NCBI GenBank assembly: GCA_951406725.2
Contig: OX597816.1
Coordinates: 36,394,001 to 36,458,000 of the forward strand
Reading direction: 5' to 3'
From: Octopus vulgaris
Taxonomy: Eukaryota
DNA length: 64,000 bases
The notes beneath the pieces are model-generated. The model did not search any database. It was not told the origin of the DNA and saw only the letters and a list, made by a program, of their open reading frames with translations. Every line of letters begins with the position of its first letter. Position 1 is the first letter of the stretch. Both the position numbers and the translations under genes were made by a program. Below, piece after piece: positions 53,213-64,000 of the stretch.

Positions 53213-54089
53213 TTAAATATTTATGTACTACCCAATGCACTATATACAGAATTATGCGATATCAAATCTAAATACAATTCAAATATACATTATTCATTCC
53301 GAATATATAGTAAGAACATTTTTGTATATTTTTCAACTGGAACTTTTTATTTGTTTAATTTGATAGCCATTGCTTCACATACACAGAGTAAAACATGTAT
53401 GCTCTTCATGGTAGTAAAAACACAAAGTTCGTTTCATTAAACTCCTCTATCTTATTAAAACAAGCAACTGCACCAAATATTTTTATAATTTTTACTTTAA
53501 TAATTTATTATTTCTTTACTCCTCATTTCTGCTGTGCTAAATTCTAAAAGATCCATTAACTTTAACGTATGGCTTTAAAATCTAGTGTATTGTAGATATC
53601 TTACATTGTTAGCTAACATAATGACATATTTCAGTTGTATGCATAAGGGTTATACGGTTCTGCTGTATATGTTATACCTCAACAATGAAATTCAAGTACG
53701 ATTATAGAACTAAAATATACACGAGAATAATACTGACCTTTGAGGTATCCTACAAGTAATATCTATGAATGTTGCGTAAACTTTTACCTATCTTTTGCCC
53801 GTAATGTCTATAAGATCTCAGCCAATTAAATATATATATCTCGTATACTAACTTTCTAAAGTATTGATTGATATGTATATGTTCAAGGTTACTAAAATAA
53901 TGTATATGTTCAAGGTTACTAAATATTCTACTGCGCAATTTTTATCTAAACAGTTTGTAATAACTTTTAACTCATACAATTACTTAATTCGCGTAGCGTC
54001 AAAGTATTTTGTCTTTAGTCATTATCTGACAATTTCCAAACAACGAAATATTATTTTAGTTCAAATTTAATGACATTTGTTTGTACCAC

Positions 54090-55860
54090 ACCATCGTCAT
54101 AGTGTTCTCATTTGCGTTGCATTTCCCTAGAAAGGTTATTGTGAATTCATTTGGAATGCATAGTAACTGGAAGACAATTATTTGTGTTTCCCAATGAACT
54201 GACTAAAACGTTTTCCCTTTCCTTTGCAGAAATAGGATCGTAAAGAAACTGGCCTGTAATTTGTAAAGTTGTATTATTTCCATTTATGCTATGGTATAAT
54301 TACCGCAATCTTCCTTTTACTTGGAAAAATACCGCTTGAAACGGACAAGCTGCACACGAGTAATATTCTTACGATGACATTCTAGGCTACGATCATATTA
54401 ATTTTAGTCTCTTCTGTAGAGGTTTTCTTCATATATATGCTAACAATATTCATTATTTCTTTTCTTCTATTGCTCCAAGAACAATAGAACTCGGATTTCT
54501 ATATGAATGTTCATCATCAACCCCCTCTCTCGTTATTTCTGAGCTATTGATTTTTAATATTTATACATATCAATTTTAGTTTCACACTAACAAAGAATTA
54601 CAACCGCCACATCCTTCATATAAATAATGGTTTTCTTGTTATGAATAAATTCATGTATTTAGCTTCAGTTTCTAGATCTATTTCTAATAATGTTGTCTAA
54701 CACTCCCTATATACATTAAATGTTTAAATTATTCTTTTATATATTATTATATTATTCTTTACTACATATAGCCGTGGCATCAGTGAACTATTTGTTTTAT
54801 ATTTTTCTTATGCCTCTATTGTTCTACGTTATATGAATTTGATGATATGGTGTGTTCTTTCTTTTCTTCTTACATATATTTTGTTAACCCATTTTTTATC
54901 AGTGAACCATCTTCATAGATCTATTCTCTACTGTATTTTCAATTAAAAAGCATCTGTTGTGAAATTATATAAATATTTTTATAGGTTTTTCATAAGATTT
55001 CTTAATACACACTTTAATATTTTCCAGTTATTATGCAAAATTAATTTCTGAAAACATTCATAGAATTCCAGACATCTAATTCCTTTATTTTCAAAAGTAT
55101 TCGCATTCTTAAGACTTCTATAACTAAAAGTCATACGGTACAAAGGACGACAAATATTAACAAATGATATTCAATAATAATCCATTTTCTATGCTTTGTT
55201 TCATGCTGTTTATGAGGATATCATGTATTAGTATATCAGAGGGCGATATAATTCTGATGATCAATGGGATTTCCTTACATACACCTAATCTTTAAATTGA
55301 AGTGACAACAAATATTTACAGTCTCTTTGTGCGTATTAGGACAACAGCAGGTCTGTATAGAAATCATTACGAATTAATATATTTTTAAAATGGTTCTGGA
55401 AATATTTATCTATCCAAAACTTAAATATAACAATATTATAGTTTTGTGCTCTATACAACTCACAGTAACATTTTTTCCTATATGTTTTTTCAACAGACAT
55501 TTATTGTAATACATTTAATCACATCACCAACAGCTGTCTACCGCATTATAATTGAAATATTACTTGACGTACAAAGCTGCATTCTCTCCATTCGTGTTTT
55601 TGTTTATATAAGTCAATACTTATTCCGTTAAACGTCCACAACCATCTCAGGGTTGATCCAAACCTTTTCAATAAATTATTATAGTAGATGGTCTCTTTAA
55701 CTCAGTTTAATATTATTTGATGGTTTGATATATCCAAAGTAGTCATCTGCTATTGAAATCAATATTTTATGATCGGCGGTGCAATAACAGCTGTCGGCTT
55801 CCATATGGTTGAAAAAATCCTGGATTAATCATTTTGATTTTTTTAGCTACATTCTTCATA
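54090..55860 (-). mobile_element. CR1/L2-group (Crack-like) LINE ORF2 relic: endonuclease to start of RT
   Basis: NDFYTDLL (GDFNxD-like), ILIHDILIN, SIVLGAIEE, SSGIFPSKRKIAVIIP, FTNYRPVSL. Confidence 0.75.
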
Positions 55861-56123
55861 ATCTGTATATTCGAAAGACTTTAAATGCAATTTTTCATAT
55901 TCTCAGATATTTATTGCGTGCTGTTCATCGTTAATTCCCGACGGAGACAAATAACTTCCGTCGGGATACGTCATGACTGTATGCAACGTCGTTGTCTATT
56001 TCCTTATTCCTTACCTCGTTGTGCTGACCGTCTGACCTCATTGGTATTTCTCTAATTCTAATTCTAAATCCATAAAGTTCAGTACCTTAACCTCTTTTGG
56101 TGTTCATTATTTCTCTATTTTGT

Positions 56124-56169
<46 letters not shown>

Positions 56170-56680
56170 TCTCTCTCTCGTTCTCTTCTTTCTACAACAT
56201 TCTTTACCTCTCTCAGCCTTTTTCATTCTTTATACTTCATTCGGAAAATACTTATGAAATGTACCTATTCAAATTCAGACTTTAGGTATCTGTAACACAA
56301 TGCTATAAACTGTACCTGTGATGATCCGTTGGACTTAAGTTTACAATTGCACTTGAAATATCTAATGGTGAGTTCCAAAAACCAGAAATGAGCAATGTAC
56401 TAAGGAACAAGTGATATAAATTTATGTTTGTTCGAAGTGCACACACATACAATCACATACACACCTATATAGTGTGGTTTGTTTGTACAGTTAGATACAG
56501 GGCTACAACTAGTGAGTTTACAGCTCCACATAGAACATTGCCCCCATTTCCAGTTAAGAAGCAATGTTATTCATTCTTTATATTACGAGTGACTATGGCT
56601 TCTACATTATTGTCGGTTCTTATTTCTTTCTCCTCGGGATTATCCTTCCGACAGATTTCATTCTAGAGTGTCCTAGTTAC

Positions 56681-56682
<2 letters not shown>

Positions 56683-56711
<29 letters not shown>

Positions 56712-56865
56712 TGTATGTATGTATGTATGTATTTCTGTATGTATGTATGTATGTATTTATGTGCGTGTGTATGTACGTATGTATGTACGTACGTGCGTAT
56801 GTATGTGTGTATGTATGTATGTATGTATGTATGTATGTATGTATGTATGTATGTATGTATGTATA
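56683..56865. repeat. (TATG)n microsatellite
   Basis: Read directly. Confidence 0.97.
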
Positions 56866-57954
56866 ACTTGCCAATGATTTCTGGACTGAAGTTGCGTTAC
56901 TTTTATTTCACAGAAAATATTAATTGTACCTGTCTATTACTCTAAATACGTATTAGACTATCTAATTATTATCTCTTTATCAAAGCATATCTAGGTATCT
57001 ATATTTATCTTTGTCTATGTATCCTACTTGCAGTTTCACAATTTCTATATTGCTTTGTTGGCCAGCACTTTGCATCGCCTCTGTTTTAGGCTTATCAATA
57101 ATGTATTTCGGTTTATAAGATTAGCCTTCCTTGAAGCCAAATTTTTCAATTATAATGTGAATCCGCTTGGGATACATTTTTAGGAAGAAGCAAAGTTTTA
57201 TGAAGTTAGGCTTTGCATAGTTGTTATCATCCTCAGGCAACATGTATCAGTATTCTTCAGGCTTTTGCATGCCTGGCAGCAGCTCACGAAGTTTTGGATT
57301 TGCATTTCTCTTCGGTGATTTGATCTGAGATCGTATGTTGGGACTACAACATTTACAGAATGGAAGCCTGAAAGTAATCTTTCAAAAATACGCATAAGCT
57401 GTTTACATACAATTAATCCTTTATTGTTATGATTTTTGGTTTTGGGTCTGTTTATTTTTTGTTTTGTTTTTTGGTGGGTTGGGGAGGACTTTTGTTGTGC
57501 TATCGATCACCTGCCACTAAGTTAATCCAACAGCCACACTATATGTTATGATCTGATACTCATCTGTCTCTCACACTGAACAATTTATGTTTTAACGGTG
57601 TTGCCCAACCAGGGCAAGTAGCATTCCCCTTGTGATTTCCATTGCGCTGCTGGTGACATAAGTGAGGAAAAGGAAGAACCTTGTGACAAGCTAGTCCCAC
57701 AGTTTGTGTGGTTAAATATTCCCATAGGCTGTATGATTGGCCTGGCTGTAAAATTACGGGAAGAACGATAGCATGCTGGACGGAAAGGACCCGCTTTAAA
57801 TATATACGCATGTATTTAAATACATAATGAATATGTACGCAAATATATTGGAGAAATTGCAATTCATGACTATATGGGCCCAAACGTAATCTAACGAAGG
57901 GAAGAACACACAGCTTAACGTGGTCCGCGATGTGTAACATCGGATGCGAGATCT

Positions 57955-58549
57955 GTGTTATCCACGAGAAGAACAGTCTGGCATGGTACATCAAACTGCA
58001 AAGTGAATCCTTGCTTATCTCTATAGAAATAATAATACGAAAATATGACGCACCCAAAACATTTAAGAAACCTGATGAAAAAGCAAAGAGCAGAGAAATG
58101 GAAATAGACAATTGGAAAATAAAATCAATCCATGGGCTATATCTCAGATAAATTGAATGGAAAGACATGTTCAACACTTGGAGGTGGCTAAAAGAAATGA
58201 CCTGAAAAGATGCACTGAGACACTGGTATTCAATGCCCAGAAAAATCTCTAAGAACTTATTACATCAAGTTTCAAAAAGATAAGAGCAGTGAATTACCTT
58301 TTGTATGATGTATGGAAACAAAAAGGAAACAATCTCACATATGGCCCAAGAGCCCATCAAAAGGAGACACGATAACATGGCAAGGTTTATTCAATGGAAA
58401 CTGTGTGAAAAGTACAGCCTGGGCACAGCATGGAAACTGTACAAACATGAACCAGAGAGCGTCACTGAGAACAATGAATATAAGATCGTGTGAGATTTTA
58501 CAGGCCAATGAATCTCTCTACTCGGTGCACTGAGACAAGATGTAGTGGA

Positions 58550-58550
<1 letters not shown>
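57955..58550 (+). mobile_element. Dong/R4-type fragment followed by (AAG)n(GAT)(AAT)n
   Basis: EKNSLAWY, WKIKSIHGLY, DLKRCTETLVFNAQ, KRRHDNMARFIQWKLC, HEPESVTEN. Confidence 0.88.
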
Positions 58551-58580
<30 letters not shown>

Positions 58581-58605
58581 AAGAAGAAGAAGAAGAATGA
58601 TGATG

Positions 58606-58662
<57 letters not shown>

Positions 58663-58734
58663 TTAATAATAATAATAATAATAATAATGGGGATGATGAA
58701 GCGGATGATGATGATGATGATGATTTCAAATTTT

Positions 58735-58857
58735 GACACTAGGTCAATAATTTCGAGAGAGGTTGTAAGTTGATTATATCGGTGGTACCTATTTTATCGA
58801 TCTAAAACAAGATGAAAGGCAAAGTCGACCACGGCGGTATTGGAACTCAGAACGTAT
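58735..58857 (-). mobile_element. SINE family B fragment
   Basis: gatgaaaggcaaagtcgaccacggcggtattggaactcagaacgta. Confidence 0.8.
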
Positions 58858-59309
58858 GGATGATTATGATGATGATGATGATGATAATGATGATAATTAT
58901 TATTATTATCATCATCATCACCACCATCATCATCATCATCATCATCATTATTATTATTATTATTATTATAACGTAATAAATAAAATCTCAAAACTTTTGG
59001 GGTGTGACTTTTGATCCACTCAACCTTATAACAAATACGTGCCCAATTTTAATTTAATACTGCTTTTGACGCGTACATCGGATTATTTATTCAGCCCGGC
59101 GGCTATTTCTCAATATTTCATATATGAGAAGCGCTAAATCTCATCTAGGAATGTGTCTGGCTGCGAATACTTGTCATTGACGAACCTCAACGAATGCATC
59201 TGGCGTTTTCTCGACCCGATGCTGGTTTGATATAGTACTATAGTATTTATTGTCTATCAGTTCGTCTTCTCTCTCTTTCATCTTCTCTCTTTCTTCACAC
59301 ACCCAATAT

Positions 59310-59542
59310 ATGTTTCTTTATTACCCACAAGGGGCTAAACATAGAGGGGACAAACAAGGACAGACAAACGAATTAAGTTGATTACATCGACCCCAGTGCG
59401 TAACTGGTACTTAATTAATCGACCCCGAAAGGATGAAAGGCAAAGTCGACCTCGGCAGAATTTGAACTCAGAACGTTACGGCAGACAAAATACGGCTACG
59501 CATTTCGCCCGGCATGCTAACGGTTCTGCCAGCTCGCCGCCT
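59310..59542 (-). mobile_element. SINE family B, full length
   Basis: Minus head ggcggcgagctggcagaaccgttagc, B-box-like gagttcaaattc, tail ccccttgtgggtaataaagaaacat. Confidence 0.92.
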
Positions 59543-59721
59543 TATATATGCCTTATATACCCAATATATGCCGCTCGCTCACCCTCTCTCTGTCTTTCTG
59601 TGTCTTTCTTTCTCTTTCTCTCACTCCCTTTTTCTCTCTCATCCAAACTCTGTCACAGTTTCTACCCAGAAGAATTAGACCATGTCCATACATGCACATG
59701 AATATTCTTCGCCGTTTCAAC

Positions 59722-59888
59722 GTGCAAAACTGACCGCATATCAGGACGACGATAGGCAGCGGGTGTGGAGTCTTTCGAAGGCTTAGCCAGCGGCGTGGCG
59801 TCATTCGAAGGCTCAAACAATGCGAAGTGCATTGAGACCAGCGATGTGTAGCAACATCAATAGCTAGGTCGGTCACGTGATCACGTGA
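59722..59888 (+). mobile_element. SINE family C, 3' part
   Basis: gcttagccag..gaaggct.aaacaatgc..gatgtgtagcaacatc..ggtcggtcacgtga shared with 60205-60304. Confidence 0.8.
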
Positions 59889-60027
59889 TATATGTGTGTA
59901 TGTGTGTGTGTATACAGGAGGTCACGATCAATATGAAATACGCAAACAACGAGGGAAACGAATAGAAAACAGGACAAGTAACATAAAGAAGGACCCTTCA
60001 TCAGCTGTCAGCTGTCTATCTACTCCT

Positions 60028-60304
60028 GGTTAGTGCAGCGGACTCGCGGTCGTAGGATCACGGTTTCGGTTCCCAGACCTGGCGTCGTGAGTGTTTATTG
60101 AGCGAAAACACCTAAAAGCTCCACGCGGCTCCGGCAGGGGGTGGTGATCCCTGCTGTACTCTTTCACCATTTCTTGCCCCACTCTTTCTTCTGTTGGCCT
60201 GCTGGCTTAGCCAGTAGGGTGACATCATTTGAAGGCTAAAACAATGCTAAAGCATTGTGACTAACGATGTGTAGCAACATCTGATTGTCTGGTCGGTCAC
60301 GTGA
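60028..60304 (+). mobile_element. SINE family C, near full length
   Basis: tggttagtgcagcggactcg..ggtttcggttccc head; matches the reverse of 8885-9034. Confidence 0.88.
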
Positions 60305-60369
60305 TATATATATATGGATGTAACAAGAGAGAGAGAGATAGTGTATGTTTGTGTGTATTCATGTGTGTG

Positions 60370-60400
<31 letters not shown>

Positions 60401-60670
60401 ATTGATATACATGGTGATGGTGATATTTTCCCAACGAAAAACAGGTACTAAATATTTTATTTTCTCATCATCTTTGTCATTATATTTTTCTTTTACTTGA
60501 CCTCATCAACGACTCTTCATCTTGTTCTACTTATTCTCTTTCGTCTTTTTGTAGTAGGTATCTTTATATGCGCATGTGTATGCATCAGCAGAGCTTTTGA
60601 AAAACAAAAATACATAAATATATGTACGTATGTATATATGTGTATATGTGTATGTGTGCGTGTGTGTGTA

Positions 60671-60690
60671 TTCGTTTATATGTTTGTGTG

Positions 60691-60738
<48 letters not shown>

Positions 60739-61035
60739 CACGTTCATATTTATTGTTCTATGTGTATGTACATATATATATATATATATGCATACATACA
60801 TACACACATACATACATACATACATGCATGCATACATACATACATACATACATACATACATACATACATACATACATACATACATACATACATACATACA
60901 TACATACATACATACATAAATAAATAACTCAACGTCTTAAACTCTTATTGGGCTGGAATTTATATCGTAGATTTTTGTTAGAGCAGCAAAACTTATTTTC
61001 AGATTTGTATAACTATAAATCCTTCTCTCCATCTC
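60671..61035 (+). repeat. Recent direct duplication, copy 1 (copy 2 at 63011-63397)
   Basis: Near-identical unique flanks (ataactcaacgtcttaaactcttattgggctggaatt...ccttctctccatctc) around (TA)n/(TACA)n. Confidence 0.92.
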
Positions 61036-62035
61036 AGTAGGAATGTATTACATTTATTTATTTTTCTCCCAACAATTTGGCTATTGATCTCTGTATCTCG
61101 TCTCCTGTATTTCTCCATCTTTCAATCTGTTTCCTTTCTTTATTTTGTACTTATATACATACCCATATTTTTATATAAATATATACACACACATACATAC
61201 ATACATATATATACATATACATATACAAACATACAGATATATATTTATATACATATAAATTTGTGGATGCGTGTGTGTGTGTGTATAACAAATTTAATTC
61301 AGAGTGATCACTTTCCACGTGATAGATTGCTATGTATAGCCTGAGATGAGTGTTGTTGCCTGATGACGTCCAACTAAGAATGTACCGAAATACCAAGTTT
61401 ATAGATAAGCCTCTTACAGATAATTTTGTATTTTGGTATTTCTGTGTTTCGTATATTCTGTACAGAAATACCAATAAATTTAGCGAAAAAAAAAACAATG
61501 ACTTCTATATACACATAGACGTTCAATGTCGTTTGTACATAAAAACCGTTTATGGCACAGTCAATACCCTCAAGTTCCGTTCAAATTTTAACTCATATTT
61601 GAGCACTGCTCATCCTGAGCTGATGTTCTTATACTTGTGCTTGGCATATATATATATATGCAGATAGTTGTGTATGTGTGTATGTGTGTCTGTGCGTGTG
61701 TCTATATGTGTGTGTATTTATATATCTGTATAAGTCATAATTTGTTCGAGTAAGTCTCTACTCTGTGTTTCACATGCACGAGCACGTGTAATGAAGGCGC
61801 CTGGCTTGGTGGTAAGCGTATTCGTCTCACGATAGTAACGTTGAAAGTTCAATACTGAGCGGTGCCTTGTGTAAGTTAAGTTATTACACTTAACTTTTAA
61901 AAATAATTTTGATGAGGTTCGTTTTTTCAAGAACCGAAACATGTAAAATTTCTATGAAAATTAAAATTTATCTTATATAGTGGCCTTTTAAAACTTCTTT
62001 TTTATAAATATATACCCACTCGTATACCACCTACA

Positions 62036-62079
<44 letters not shown>

Positions 62080-62209
62080 TACATACATACATACATACAT
62101 ATATACATACATACATACATACATACATACATGTATTCATACAGACATATATACATTCATTCATACATACATACATACATACATACATAAATACATACAT
62201 TCTTGCATT

Positions 62210-62820
62210 TGTTTACCTGTTTTAGTGATGTGGCTGTTGCCTTGTTGGAACAATGTCTTTAGTCGAACAAATCGGCCTCACCTTTTATTTGTTGTAAGCC
62301 TAGCACTTATTCTATCAATGCCTTTTGCTTAACTGCTAAGTTACGGGGAGGCAAACACTCCAGCATCAGTTGTGAAGCTATTATGGGGAGGACAAACACA
62401 GACAAACAAACATATACATATACATATACATATATATATACATACACACACACATATGCACACACACACACACACAAACACACACATATATATATATATA
62501 TGACGAGCTTCCTTCAGGTTCCGATTTCTTTATTGCCCACAGGGGGGCTAAATATAGAAGAGACAAACAAGGACAGACAAATACAAAGGGATTAAGTCGA
62601 TTACATCGACCCCAGTGCGTAACCGGTACTTAATCTATCGACCCTGAAAGGATGGAAGGCAAAGTCGACCTTGTCGGAATTTGAACTCAGAACGTAACGG
62701 CAGACGAAATACTGAAATACCTGGCTTGCTAAAGTTTTTGCCAGCTCGCCGCCTTTCAGTTTCCCTCTACCAAATCTACTCACAAAGGCGTTGGTCAGCC
62801 AGAGAGTACAGCAGAGGACA
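62210..62820 (-). mobile_element. Old SINE A interrupted by SINE B (62524-62752)
   Basis: TSD-like ccttcaggttcc (62511-62522) and ctttcagtttcc (62753-62764). Confidence 0.85.
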
Positions 62821-63010
62821 CATGTGCTTGTATGTATGTTTTCGTATGTATATGCATACATGTATATGTTTTCGTACGTGTATTTGTGTATATTTCCTTG
62901 CACATGAATCGGATTTCAAGGACATAAATATCGAGTAACAAAAATTTACTGTAACTAGATTACAAATGCGCTCCAAAACCACAATATGTAATAGACATAT
63001 TGTCTCTTAC

Positions 63011-63035
63011 ATACGTTTATATGTTTGTGTCTGTG

Positions 63036-63079
<44 letters not shown>

Positions 63080-63397
63080 CACGTTCGTATTTATTGTTCT
63101 ATGAGTATGTACATATATATATATATGCATACATACATACATACATACATACATACACACATACATACATACATACATACATACACACATACATACACAC
63201 ATACATACATACATACATACACACATACATACATACATACATACACACATACATACATACATACATACATACATACATACATAAATAACTCAACGTCTTA
63301 AACTCTTATTGGGCTGGAATTTATATCGTAGATTTTTGTTAGAACAGCAAAACGTATTTTCAGATTTGTATAACTATAAATCCTTCTCTCCATCTCC
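63011..63397 (+). repeat. Recent direct duplication, copy 2
   Basis: See 60671-61035. Confidence 0.92.
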
Positions 63398-63710
63398 ATA
63401 TGGATGAAAGATGGAGAAAGACGTATGTAAGAGACAATCAGAAAAAAAAAACATGTAAAGATAAATTAAAGTGAGAGATACGCAACTGAATCCAGCATTA
63501 ATCAAACGTAGATCTATAGGAACATCAGGTGTTATATAAGCTCCTTATTCGTATATTGGCCTATGTTATTTCTGAAACTGTTATATATTCCATAACTACA
63601 AAATTCCTTATATGCCAATCATATTATATTGAAACAATGATTTTTCCTTTTCTACATTAGGTCAAATAGCTCCGATTTAATGTGCCGAAGACATTATATA
63701 TATATCTATC

Positions 63711-64000
<290 letters not shown>

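Noticed and set aside
57560-58177. 205-aa minus-strand ORF
   Set aside because: Partly antisense to the Dong fragment; no domain signal.
59950-60027. Minus-strand CTGATGAAGGG
   Set aside because: No downstream GAAA or stem II, and the upstream part is cut by a SINE; structure cannot be completed.
61352-61400. CTGATGA-20 nt-GAAA
   Set aside because: Weak stem II, no NUH or palindromic stem III, no stem I; at most a very decayed motif.

Overview
AT-rich, microsatellite-saturated metazoan DNA. The SINE, Dong-R4 and Penelope repertoire suggests an octopus (coleoid cephalopod) genome; this is inference. I find no intact multi-exon gene, and nearly all listed ORFs are translations of (TA)n/(CA)n/(TAA)n/(TACA)n or fragments of decayed transposons. 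Recognisable relics: Penelope-like RT and GIY-YIG regions, a FLYWCH-MULE transposase with a tandem-repeat end, several Dong/R4-type retrotransposon pieces next to (TAA)n, RTE, Tx1/L1, CR1/Crack LINEs, mariner/Tc1, two hATs, a possible piggyBac, Helitron ends and four tRNA-like SINE families. The most interesting signal is a set of minimal type-I hammerhead-ribozyme motifs (CUGANGA / stem II / GAAA / palindromic stem III / NUH) in short non-coding elements, mostly beside (TA)n. The best is 49638-49695; others are 36569-36627, 24412-24446, 40232-40266 and decayed copies, consistent with non-autonomous Penelope/retrozyme-like families. Also noted: a candidate first coding exon (24792-24884, minus), a SINE sharing its 3' tail with a Tx1-like LINE sitting in (GATA)n, and an old paralogous ~470-bp non-coding block (39.6 kb / 52.3 kb). 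All calls are by eye, without database searches.
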